A DNA stretch of 64,000 nucleotides from Octopus sinensis (lineage: Eukaryota), in assembly GCF_006345805.1 (NCBI RefSeq), contig NC_042999.1, forward strand, positions 168,082,001 through 168,146,000, written 5' to 3'. Both the position numbers and the translations under genes were made by a program. Below, piece by piece: positions 51,797 to 64,000 of the stretch. The notes under the pieces were generated by a model that was not told where the DNA came from, searched no databases, and saw only the letters and a program-made list of their open reading frames with translations. How positions within the stretch are numbered: the stretch's first letter is position 1; each line of letters begins with the position of its first letter.

Positions 51797-53097
51797 TTAT
51801 GAAAGAGTGCTGAAAAATTCCTGGCTTTGGGTAAAAGAAAATACAGGAGGATCAGTTAATTTAATTATGATTTTATTCAACATATTCCTCTCTCATATTT
51901 ACACACTTATAGCAGTCCTTTAGTTTTTCTAAGCCCTGTAAAAAGAACTCGGAAGTTTGGGCCTCCGACCAGGCATCTGTAGCAGCAATCACTTCTGAAT
52001 CAGAGTGAAATTTTGCACCCTTAAGATGTTTCTTCAGTTGTAGAAAGAGGTGATAGTTAGAGGGAGTCAAGACAGGTGAGTAAGGTGGATGGTCTATCAA
52101 CTTGAAGCCAAAGTTGCATATTTTCCATAGAGTTTCATGTGCTGTGTGCGCTGGTGCATTGTCCTGCAAAAACAGGACACTGTGGTTCAACTTTCCATGG
52201 TGTCCCTGCTTCAAAGCTTCATGCAATTCATCCAACAGAGACATGTAGTATTCTGCATACCTTTGACAGGTATTTTATGAGGAGTACTCCATCCTTGTCC
52301 AGAACACTGAAACCAGAATCTTTCCAGCTAACTCCTGGGTCCAAAACTTCATGGGATACAGTGAACCACAGTGGCACTACTCCACTGATTGCTACTTGGT
52401 CTGGTAATCATAAAGATGAAGCTAAGTTTCATCCAAAGTGACTAAGCCTCTCCCACAGCAAACCAGTCCAAAATTGTCTTTTGTGCTTCTGATCTAAGTT
52501 CAGGTATTTTGTGATATGCTTCTGATCAATGTCCAGGTATTTTGTTATGTGCTTCTGATCTATGTCCAGGTATTTTGGCACCCATTTTGCAGAAAGCTTT
52601 CTCATGACCAGAATGTTGTGGATGATGTTGCCAGCTCTTTTTCAGGAATTCCCCAGAATCTCAGCTATGAGTCTAGCTGAAATCATGATATACACAGCGT
52701 TGGCTTAATCCTCTGTTCTCACAGAAGTTGATCACCCTGACCAGGGTTCATCTATGACATCAAAATGATCAGTCTGAAACCGTGAAACCCCGATTTTCAC
52801 TGTGAAGTAAGATGGATAGCCATTTTTCAAGATTTCCTTCATCGTGTTATGGATTTTGCCACTCCTTTGCCTTGCACAAAGAAGAACTTCATAACTGCTC
52901 ATGCTTCGATTTTACCAAAATCCACTGTTGGAGTTGCCATCTTTTGTTAAATCTGCAAAAAAAAGAAAGATATATTGTATGCCATCATGACATTTTTGCA
53001 TATCTTCTAAAGAGTTGTCCTATCTCCCTGTAACGGTAACAGCACAATCGTTTCACAATACCCTTAAAAGCAGCAACTTTTCAGCACCCCCTCGTAC
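51797..53097 (-). mobile_element. Mariner (DD34D) transposon relic, about 1.3 kb
   Basis: FLQDNAPAH...HPPYSPVLTPSNYHLF; inverted ends gtgctgaaaa.ttcc / aacttttcagcac; TA flanks. Confidence 0.88.
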
Positions 53098-54214
53098 TAA
53101 ATTATAGCTTTCAGGATTAGATGTTAGTGGAATTTTTATATGCTTCTGAGTTGCTTCTCATAATAGAATATAAAATTTGAAGTCAAAAAAACTGTTTTAG
53201 AGTAGAAAAACTTAAATGTAAACATGGCAAAACATGGTACTGGTTATTTGTGAGAAAGTACAAACACTAAGTGTTAACTAAGAAATAAACTGGCACAATA
53301 TGTAAGAAGTGGGTTGGTTGAAATTCAGTAGAAACAATTGCTGATAAAAAAAGTATAGTGAATTTATGGTAGCTTGACAGGAAACAGAATCCTAGGTACA
53401 AGACAACCATGTAATGAAATCCATGTAATACTCAGACAATTCAAATAATACTTTCCACAATCTAAGTGACATGATTTGTGATGTAAGCAGTTGTGGTGCA
53501 AGTGTCTTAGACTGAGTAAGAATATGGATGAAGTTGAGGGAGATATTGCCTATTTTCAAGTTACTCTTTCTAAGCAAAGACAAATTGATGCCTGAATAAC
53601 ATAAACAATACTATATAGCAGTGAGACATGGGTTCTGAATAGGAAACATCTGTGGAAACTAAACATGAATGAACTAAATTGGGTAAAAGACAGAGTTAAA
53701 ATGAACTTGATATGTAAATGCTTTTCTCATTGAGGAAAATGACCAACTTCAAAGTGAATAGTTGAGAAAATAGAAACCAGAACAAAACATGTATTGATAA
53801 GTGTCAGATGCCCTTGTCATACAACTGGCACCTGTGCCAGTGGCACATAAAAAGCACCCATTACACTCCTGGAGTGGTTAGCTTTAGGAAGGGCATCCAG
53901 CCATAGAGCCATGCCAAATCAGATTGGAACCTGGTACAGCTCTCCAGCTCACCAGTTTCAGTCAAACCATCTAACCCATGCCAGCATGGAAAGCAGATGC
54001 TAAATGATAATGATGAAGGTTAGTCTAAATAGATTAGAGAACATGTTAGATTTTGCTGCATGTACTGCATACAATGGTTTGCCTGATGATATCAAATCTA
54101 TACAGAATATCAATATTTTAAAGCAAAAGCTAGGACAGTTTATTGATAACAAATCAAGAATGCAGTGTAAAGTTAAAATTTGTTATCTCACCTTGATGTT
54201 GATGATTTTCCCTG

Positions 54215-57200
54215 ATTGTGTTGATAAGGTAATCAAGGTAGTCAGAGTATGTGACAGAGTACTTAAGATTAGATTAGTGCTTCACCATAGGTCAGCTACC
54301 ATTATCTCGGCCTATGCCCCTCAACTGGGGCTGCTGGAGGGGCAAAAAGACCAATTCTATGACACCTTTTTGCAGACTACCTCGTTGACAAACGACAAGG
54401 ACCTTCTCTTTGTGGCTGGTGATTTCAATGGACATGTTGGACAACGTGCAGGGGGCTTCCATGGCGTACATGGAGGCTATGGTTTTGGTTCCTGCAATGA
54501 GGAGGGAACCAGACTACTGGAGTTCTGCGATGCCAATGATCTTATGGTTTGCAATACCAACTTCAGGAAACCCACCTGTCACCTAGTCACCTACCATTCT
54601 GGCAGACACATTAGCCAAATTGACTACATACTCGCCAGAAAAAGGGAAAGAAGGCTGCTTATAAATGCCAAAACCTTCCCAGGTGAAGAATGTACCCCTC
54701 AACATAGATTAGTAGTTAGCAACTTCAGGATCAGGGCCAAATGGATGGCCAGAAGACGACCAGCATGGAGGAGAAATGTCTGGAAGCTTAAAGATCCTGC
54801 AAATGGAGAGAGATTTAGAGACATATTACTCGAAGCCTTCGATGAAATAGAAGGGGATATAGCATCACATAATGTGGAAGACAACTGGAGTATTCTACAG
54901 GACAACCTGTTGAGAGCAACTGACCAGATCTGCAGATGGTGCAAAGTCCCCTCTTGACTCAAGGTAACGTGCTGGTGGAACAATGTGGTTGACAGGGCTA
55001 TTAGACAAAAGAAACAGGCTTGGAGGGACTGGAAGAACGGAGGTAGCAGGGAATTGTATCAGACTGCCAGAAGGGAAGCTAGGAGACAGGTTTATTTAAC
55101 CAGAGGGGAAGCAGATAAGAAAAAATTTGCCAATGTTCTGCGCCGTGAGGACCAAAGACTTGAAGTATTTCGTGTTGCAAGACAGTGTGTGAGAGAGAAT
55201 CGTGATGTGGTAGGAGAGAAGTGTGTTCGCATGGATGATGGTTCACTTGCGCTAAATGAGGATGCAAAGAGAGAGGTTTGGAGACGCCACTATGAAATGT
55301 TGCTGAATAAAGAAAATGAATGGGAGAAAGAGAGTCTGCCGAATGTCGACCCAACAGAGGGACCAGCTATCCAAATTGACAGTACCTTGGTAGATAAAGC
55401 AATCAAGAGTATGAAGGTAGGGAAAGCCCCCGGCCCATCAGGAATCACTGGAGAGATGCTCAAAATATCTGGTAGTGTCGGCTATAGCCTAGTCACCCAG
55501 ATAGTTAACCAGGTGATACACGAAGGAGTCATACCCAATGACTGGTGTAGCAGCATAATAGTCAACTGCTACAAAGGTAAAGGTGACGCTTTAGATACAA
55601 ATAATTACAGAGGTATAAAGCTGTTGGATCAGGTAATAAAGGTCACGGAGAGGGTCATAGCTCAACTAATAAGAGAGGGAGTCAGTTTAGATGAGATGCA
55701 GTTTGGGTTCATGCCAGGGAAAAGCACCACTGATGCTATATTTCTGGTAAGACAGCTGCAGGAGAAATACCTAGCCAAAGATAAACCTCTGTACCTGGCT
55801 TTCGTTGACATGGAGAAAGCCTTTGACAGGGTCCCCCGATCCCTTATCTGGTGGTCAATGAGGAAACTAGGGATAGATGAATGGTTAGTGAGAGCTGTGC
55901 GAGTCATGTACAGGGATGTCGTCAGTAAGGTGAGAGCTGGCAACGAGTACAGTAAAGAATTCCGGGTAGAGGTAGGGGTCCACCAAGGTCCAGTCCTCAG
56001 CCCCCTTCTGTTTATCATAGTTCTCCAGGAATTAACAGAGGAATTCAAGACAGGATGCCCCTGGGAGCTCCTCTATGCTGATGACCTTGCTCTAATTGCT
56101 GAGTCACTATCAGAACTAGAGGAGAAGTTTCAGGTGTGGAAGCAAGGATTAGAATCGAAGGGCCTCAGAGTCAAACCAAAGTCCTAATAAGTAGGAAGGT
56201 AGACAAAAGTTTTAACCTTCTTGTTACTATATTTCTGACCAAAATATGCCCTTCGTGAGTTTCAATTAAATTCTAAAATAATCATGAATAATATACAGCC
56301 CTGGTTATGGTATGGAAGTGATAAATTCCAGACCACATTGTACCCTAGGCCAAGCTGACTAACATTATTTTCCCCGTATAAAGGCGTAGGTAGAAACTCT
56401 ATAAGATGCACCAAGTGTAAGCTATGGACACATAAGAGGTGCAGCAATGTCAAAGAAGGCTAACTAGGAAGATAGTTTTTGTATGTGGCAGATGCTCAGG
56501 AGCAATAAACACTGAAAATGTGCAGAGAACAACTTCTGCCACATTCCAGGGAAAAAAACTAGAAGTAGTTGATAGCTTCTGTTACCTAGGTGACCAAGTC
56601 AGTAGCGGGGGCGGATGTGCTGAAAGTGTACCTGCTAGAATAAGAATAGCCTGGGCAAAGTTCAGAGAGCTCTTACCTCTGCTGGTGACAAAGAGCCTCC
56701 TGTTCAGAGTAAAAGGCTGACTGTATGACACATGTGTATGAACAGCCATGCTACATGGCAGTGAAACATGGGCCGTGACTGCTGAGGATATGTGTAAGCT
56801 TGCAAGAAATGAAGCCAGTATGCTCCGATGGATGTGCAATGTAAGTGTACATGCTCAACAGAATGTAAGTACCTTGAGAGAAAAGTTGGACCTAAGAAGC
56901 ATCAGCTGTGGTGTGCAAGAGAGACAATTGCACTGGTATGGTCATGTGGCAAGAATGGATGAAGATAGCTGTGTGAAAAAGTGCCACACCCTAGCGGTTG
57001 AGGGAACCTGTGGAAGAGGTAGACCCAGGAAAAACTGGGACGAGGTGGTGAAGCACAACCTTCGAACATTAGGTCTCACCGAGGAAATGACTAGAGACCG
57101 AGACCTATGGAAGTATGCTGTGCTTGAGAAGACCCGGCAAGACTAGTGAGACCATAACCCATGGCTTTTACCAGGAATGTAGCCAGCCCACTTATGCATA

Positions 57201-57977
57201 CCTTTCCTTCTTTGGACACAAAACTCTGCTTGCGAAGACTTGTTGGGGCAAGTGAAATCGAAATTGAACCAAATTCGATGACTGGCACCTGTGCCAGTGG
57301 AGCGTTAACAGCTCCATCAGAGCGGAATCACTACCAGAGCAGCTGTCTGGCTTCCGTGCTGGTGGGCACGTAAAAAGCACCATTTGAACGTGATCGTTAC
57401 CAGCATCGCCTTACTGGCACTTGTGCCAGTAGTACGTGAACAAAACATTCAAGCAACGTCATTGCCAGTGCCGCTGGGTTGACTCCTGTGCAGGTGGCAC
57501 GTAAAAACACTATTTCGAGCATGGCCGTTGCCAGTACCTATTTCTTTACTACACACAAAGGGCTAAACACAGAGGGGACAAACAAGGACAGGCAAACGGA
57601 TTAAGTCGATTATATCGACCCCAGTGCATAAGTGGTACTTATTTAATCAGCCCTGAAAGGATGAAAGGCAAAGTCGACCTCGGCGGAATTTGAACTCAGA
57701 ACGTAGCGGCAGACAAAATACTGCTAAGCATTTTGCCCAGTGTGCTAACATTTCTGCCAGCTCGCCAGTACCGCCACACTGTCCCTCGTGCAGGTGGCAC
57801 ATAAAAGCACCCACTACACTCTCGGAGTGGTTGGCGTTGGGAAGGGCATCCAGCTGTAGAAACACTGCCAGATCAGACTGGGCCTGGTGCAGCCTTCTGG
57901 CTTCCCAGACCCCACTTGAACCGTCCAACCCATGCTAGCATGGAAAACGGACGTTAAACGATGATGATGATGATGAT
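54215..57977 (+). mobile_element. RTE-clade LINE (APE endonuclease plus RT), decayed, with nested insertions
   Basis: SAYAPQ, GDFNGHVG, SQIDYIL, RT motifs and YADD; stops and frameshifts; foreign insert about 56210-56380; SINE at 57539-57763; (GAT)n tail. Confidence 0.92.
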
Positions 57978-58571
57978 GTGTACCATCTTTACACTGGGAA
58001 CTATAATGCACATTCTTCTATTATTAATCTCTTATTGTTTGGGTTGAACCTTATTACTTCTACCCAGGTGTCAAATAAGGTAACATTTAGGTTATTTATT
58101 ATCTTTGATCTTTTATTTGTTTTTGTCATTAAACTGTGGCCATGCTGGAGTACCGCCTTAAAGAATTCTTAGCCAAATGAATTGCATGACAGTGGCATTT
58201 GTTTTACAACTATCATGTGAAGTCAAGGCAAGGAGACAACAGCATGCACACACATGCACATACACACACAGTGTGTGTGTGTATGAGTGTGTATATATCA
58301 TCATCATCATCATCATCATCATTTAGCGTCCGTTTTCCATGCTAGCATGGGTTGGACGGTTTAACTGGGGTCTGTGAAGCTGGAAGGCTTCATCAGGCCC
58401 AGTCAGATTTGGCAGTGTTTCTACGGCTGGATGCCCTTCCTAACGCCAACCACTCCACGAGTGTAGTGGGTGTTTTTTACATGCCACCTGCACAGGTGCC
58501 AGACAGAGCTGGCACAACGGCCACGAACGGATGGTGCTTTTACGTGTCACCGGCATGGGGCCAGCCGAGGC

Positions 58572-58610
<39 letters not shown>

Positions 58611-59575
58611 TGGGCTTCTTCCAGTTTCCATCTACCAAATACAGTCACAAAGATTTGGTCAGTCTGGGGCTATAGTAGAAGACTCTTACCCAAGGTACCA
58701 AAAACATGTGGTTGGGAAGCAAATATCTTACTACACAGCCATGTCCAAGCCCATAGATCCAGCTTGTACATAATATATAGATATTAATAATTCCCTGTTT
58801 ACTCATAAGTATATAGTCAATCTGGAGGCACATGGTCTAGTGGTTAGAGCAACAGATTCGAGGTTGAGGGATCGCAGGTTTGAACCTCAGACCTGGCGAT
58901 GTATGTGTTTATGAACGAAACACCTAAGCTCCACGCAGCTCTGGCAGAAAGTAATGGTGAACTTCTGCTGACTCTTTTGCCACAACTTTCTCTCACTCTT
59001 TTCTTCTGCATCTAGCAGCTCACCTGTGAAGGACCAGCGTCCTGTCCAGGTGGGGAACCTATACGCCAATGAAACCGGGAAAGCAGCCCTTATGAGCCAG
59101 GTGTGACTCAAGAAGGAACAAGCAACAACATATAGTAAACTCATCTTTGACATGTCTTCTAATATAAATTTATTTTTTAATAAGAAATCAAAGAAGTATA
59201 TAAATGCAAAAATGAAAAGTTGGTTGTATGGGAAGAGGTCTAGATACTTCTAAGAAGAATAAATATATATTGGTTTCAAATTTTGGTACAAGGCCAGCAA
59301 TTTCAAGGGAGGGGTTAAGTCAATTACATGGACCCCAGTGTTCAACTGGTACTTATTTTATCAACCCTGAAATGATGAAAGGCAAAGTTGATCTTGGTGG
59401 AATTTGAACTCAGAATATAAAGACAGACAAAATGCCACTAAGCATTTTGCCCAGCATGCTGACGATCACCATTCTGCCAGATCACCACCTTAGAATGAAT
59501 ATAGATTGAATATAGATTGAATAAGAAATGTAGAATATTTTACATATAAAAGTTTAAAAAATTGTAAAATATAAC

Positions 59576-59712
59576 CTTCATAGCATTTTCTGTTCTTTCA
59601 CGAGCAAGCTGTAGCTTGTATGCATTTAATGTAGGAAATATTTTTGATATCTTGTGCACATTGATAGCAGGTAAAAGTTTATCATCTGAAGAATGTTGAG
59701 GGCTTTTGATAG
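59576..59712 (-). CDS. TTLL3: Tubulin monoglycylase (TTLL3/TTLL8 family), coding exon A (most 5' confident exon)
   Basis: Acceptor tttttgcag, donor AAG|gttat; reads (x)IKSPQHSSDDKLLPAINVHKISKIFPTLNAYKLQLARERTENAMK; joins in phase 0 to LNQIFTIQG, resembling the TTLL3 N-terminal RLRNAKIYVERAVKQKKIFTIQG segment. Confidence 0.8.
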
Positions 59713-59895
59713 CTGCAAAAAACAAAAAAAATCAATAATTTTTGTATTTTAGCTAAAACAGTAATTTTAGTATAATAATATTTATTCAGATTTAAATAAA
59801 ATTCAAAGGTTTAGTGATGTGGATTCTTAAATTATTGTTTTGTATTGTATCAAAAGTATTTTTTTATATTTATGTATGTTTTGAAAGATTCTTGA

Positions 59896-60255
59896 TGCGC
59901 AAGAGTGGCTGTGTGGTAAGTAGCTTGCTAACCAACCACATGGTTCCGGGTTCAGTCCCACTGCGTGGCATCTTGGGCAAGTGTCTTCTGCTATAGCCCC
60001 GGGCCGACCAATGCCTTGTGAGTGGATTTGGTAGACGGAAACTGTGTTTGTGTTTGTCTCCCTAGCATTACTTGACAACCGATGCTGGTGTGTTTACGTC
60101 CCCGTCACTTAGCGGTTCGGCTAAAGAGACTGATAGAATAAGTACTGGGCTTACAAAGAATAAGTCCCAGGGTCGATTTGCTCGACTAAAGGCGGTGCTC
60201 CAGCATGGCCGCAGTCAAATGACTGAAACAAGTAAAAGAGTAAAGAGTAAAGAGA
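59896..60255 (+). mobile_element. SINE family 1 copy lacking the internal microsatellite
   Basis: gacggaaactg joined directly to tgtttgtgtttg. Confidence 0.88.
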
Positions 60256-60629
60256 TGTGAAATGTGTGTTGAAACAGAGATTGTTATACTTGGGGATGGT
60301 CATCTTTTGCCAATTAAACACATGCACTATTTATTTGATCTTCACTTTAGTTTCATTATTGTTATTATTATTTTTAATTTATTTGTTCATCAACGTTCTT
60401 TTGTCACATATTTCTGTGACATCTTCAGTGACTCTCTGTCCTTTGTGTCTCCTCTTGCCCTGTCATGTAAACTAAAACTAATAAAACTAATAAACTAAAA
60501 AAAATACTAATATATACCAACAATGCCCAATTGTGAAACAATGCAAGGAAAGAAAACCTACCTGATCTTTTTCCTGCAAATACTCTCATAGTGTCCCCTA
60601 GATGAGAGCAAGATGAATATCTAATAGGC

Positions 60630-61806
60630 TAGGGTTGGTACAGTTAGTCAACACAATGATGACTTCTGTGACATACATGAAAGCTATGAATATGATTCAA
60701 GAAATGAGGAGAGTGTAAGGCTCCTGGTGTTGTGATGCAAATGATCTAACAATCTGCAACTCTCTTATAGTATTTAATCAACAACCTTACCACCTACCAA
60801 ATAGGTGAACACACAAGTCAGAATTATTCTTACAAGGAAATAGAACAGAAGGGTTATTGCAATACCACAGCCCTTCCTGATAAAGAATACCCAATGCAAC
60901 ATAGATGAAGGGCTAGTGATTTCAGAGTTAGGCAGACACAAAAACAAGATATTATGGAGAAGGAAGATTTGAAAGCCAAAAGATTCCACACTTAGGAGTG
61001 GGTTTTAAAAAATTCAAATTGATGCATATGACTCTAGGGGGAAAGATTTAAATAGATGCAGCATAGATGACAACTGAGAATTTCTAAAAAAATAACCTGC
61101 TTATGGATAGAGATCAGATATATGACTGAGGCAAAGTCCCAGCCAAACAGAAGACGATGTGGTGGTGGAATGACACAGTTGATGGAGAGGCTTAAAAAAG
61201 CCTGGAAGGATGATAGTAGTAGAGAGCATCACTAAATGGCTAGAGGGGCAGCTAAGAGACAGATATCCTTGCTAAGGGTGAAGTAGAAAGGAAGTTACTT
61301 GTGCGTGTCTTGCATCATGAGAATCAAAGAAGCATTCAAGGTTGCAAGACAGTGAGTGAGAGGGAATCAAGATACGATTAGTGAGAAGTATATTTGGGAG
61401 GATGAAGACATATTTGCTATTAATATGAAAGAGAAGAAAGTAGTATGAAAGCGTTATTATGATAGAATACTGAATAGGGAGAATGCATGGAATAAAGAGG
61501 CTCTACCTCAAATTGACCCCGCAAGGGGAGCAGCTATTCAAGTTGACAGCAGCATGGTAAATACGTGATTAAGGACATGAGAAGTAAAGCTGCAGTTACA
61601 TCAGGAATAGTTCCAGATATGTTCAAAGTATCTATTGAAGTAGGATACATGATTACCACTTAGTTAATCAAGTTATACTGGAAGGTGTTGCACCCAATGA
61701 CTAGCATAGGAGTATCACTGTAAGCTGCTACAAAGACAAAGGAAATACCTTAGAGTGAGGAAATTATAGAGATATCAAACTGCTGGATCAGGTTATGAAG
61801 GTGTGT

Positions 61807-61842
<36 letters not shown>

Positions 61843-61991
61843 CAGCAAGTGAGACAGACAGACACAGTGAGAGAGACAGACAGGCAGACAGAGACAGACA
61901 GACAGACACACAGACAGACACAGAGAGAGACAGGCAGACACACAGAGAAGCAGACAGACAGACACACAGAGAGACAGACAGACACACAGGG

Positions 61992-62038
<47 letters not shown>

Positions 62039-62545
62039 TAGACACAGAAAGAGAGAGGGAAGAGAAAGAGTCATAGAACAACTGATCTGTGATGGGATAG
62101 ATATAGATGAGATGCAGTTTGGCTTCATACCCAGAAGAGATACCAAGGATGCAATCTTCCTGATGAGCCAAGAACTTCTCCTGAAGAGTAAACACTTATT
62201 TCTAAGATTCATTGGCTTGGACCAGGCATTTCACATGGCACCACATTATGTAATTTGGTGGTCACTGAAGAAACTAGGTGTAGATAAATAGCTTGTGAGG
62301 GCAGTACAAGCTATTTACAAAGAAGCAGTAAATACAGTGAATGTCAACAATGATTTCAGTGACCAATTTAGTGTGAAAGATTCAGTCCTCGGTCCTCTCC
62401 TAGAGAATATTTCAGAGGAGTTTTAAGACCTGATATCCCTGGGAATGCCTCTATGCTGACAATCTAATTCTCATGGCTGAATCTATAAGGGAATTAGTGA
62501 GGAAATTCCAGGAATTGGAGCCAAATCTAGAACTGAGGTCTAAAA
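60630..62545 (+). mobile_element. Highly decayed RTE LINE fragment containing a (GACA)n expansion
   Basis: Remnants tggtggtggaat, [21 protein letters not shown]; microsatellite 61805-62065 splits the KV...ERVI motif. Confidence 0.75.
61805..62065. repeat. (GACA)n/(GA)n microsatellite
   Basis: Direct reading. Confidence 0.95.
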
Positions 62546-64000
62546 GCAATTTTCGTCAGTGTCTGATTCATTTGCTGATACTTTTTCAAGTAGAGTTTCT
62601 GTATTTATGTGTGTTGTGATCCTTTTTTAGATTTTAAATTACAGTTTACATCAGATTACAATTGTCATTGATATCTGCTCCTAAACTCATGTTATTTAAT
62701 TGTTTCAAATCAAGCATTCATTAAACAACAAAATATAAAGAGCTCCTTCTATAAAATACTTCTAATTTAGGTGAAAAAACAGAAACTGGTTTTTTTATTA
62801 TGCAGTAACCTGATTTACTTAAATTATACTGTGGTTATCCCATTTTAAATGCCATAAAAGTGTTGGCTACAGAAAAGGTATCTGGCCATAAAACACTGCT
62901 TCAGAAAATCCGTCCAATGCATGTCAGCATGGAAAATTGAATATAAGCTGACAATTATATTTCTTATCTTAATAAAAGAAAACTGAAAAATTATTTTTGG
63001 AAATGAAGAAAACATAAAAAGAACAAAAACTCTAAAGGCTACTAGTTGTAATCTGTATATGACAAGAGAAATGAACCGAAAGTTCAACACAGTTGTCTCT
63101 GCAGGACAAGAAAAATGAACCAGAACACAACATAAGTACTTTTAAGCTGCAACTAGTTAAACATTTCCCTAGCATAAGGGTAAAATAATTCTCAAAAATT
63201 GTTTAGAATGTAAAAATTTTACATTTTATTCTTCTAGTATGCAAAGCTCTTTTCTTTCATAGAAGTATCCTGTTGACATAATGATAAAAGATTCAGAATT
63301 ATCAATCAGACTTTTAAATGTGATAACTCACACACACACAAACATTCTGTGTGAAGATAAACTATAGCAAAAGGTGGGTATGCCAACTACCAACTTATCG
63401 CTTCCAAATATCCCAAAGGTGCAGGAAACCATCATAAACATCAGCTTCCTCTTCATTTTATTGAATCTCAATACTTCTATAAGGAACTCTATAGAACCAC
63501 AGAGCCAAACTTTCTCTTTAATCTGTTGCAAAGCAATAATGTTTAACTACATAACTAATATGGAAAATAATGTTGCTGCTCTTGAAATCAACAAAACTTT
63601 TAGTTGTGTCTGACAAATTTTTGCTTGTGGGTCTCCATCTGTATCACATCTCTTGGACTGGAGATTTACTGTTATGATGTGCCAATGTAACATGCAACAA
63701 GGGAGATTATGTTTTTTGTTTTCAATCCATGCTTTCAATCCAAGATATTCCCAGATGGCTCTAACGCACTTCTGTATACAAAAACGTTTTCCCCGTTACT
63801 TCTAACAACACTTATACCTGTACACCTGATACAATACAACACTTATCTTTAGGCTGCTGGTATTTTCCACTTACAGCCCAGCTTCATCATAATCATCATC
63901 ATCATTTAATGTCCATTTTCCATGCTAACATGAGTTGAACGGTTTGACAGGAGCTAGCAAGCCAGAAGACTGCACCAGGCTTCAGGGTTTTGGCATGATT

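Noticed and set aside
60562-60597. Possible upstream TTLL exon (ag|GGGACACT ATG AGA GTA TTT GCA GGA AAA AGA TCA G|gtagg), phase-compatible with exon A
   Set aside because: Only 36 bp, no homology support, and adjacent to or within a decayed RTE 5' region; needs RNA-seq.
63328-63772. Short ORFs in unique-looking sequence, including a DGFLHLWDI fragment
   Set aside because: Flanked by in-frame stops, no phase-compatible splice to exon A and no recognisable family.

Overview
AT-rich animal DNA, most likely cephalopod (Octopus-like; inferred from the SINE/RTE landscape). The window lies inside the introns of a minus-strand tubulin monoglycylase gene (TTLL3/TTLL8 family). Seven phase-compatible GT-AG coding exons (59712 down to 244) were read by hand and the gene continues beyond the left edge. 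The introns are filled with several tRNA-derived SINE families, RTE LINEs and their 3' fragments, a chimeric R4/Dong-like element, mariner relics, MITEs, non-autonomous Helitrons, foldback elements and microsatellites. Most listed ORFs are repeat artefacts. The standout is a 3.9 kb HERO-like restriction-endonuclease retrotransposon (4338-8221, minus) bounded by 180 bp direct repeats. Each repeat, and a third copy near 47.0-47.2 kb, carries the hammerhead core words (GUC cleavage triplet, GAAA, CUGAUGA) with matching stems I-III but in a non-canonical, reversed strand order. This is a candidate topologically new self-cleaving ribozyme that could excise a unit-length element RNA from host pre-mRNA; it is untested.
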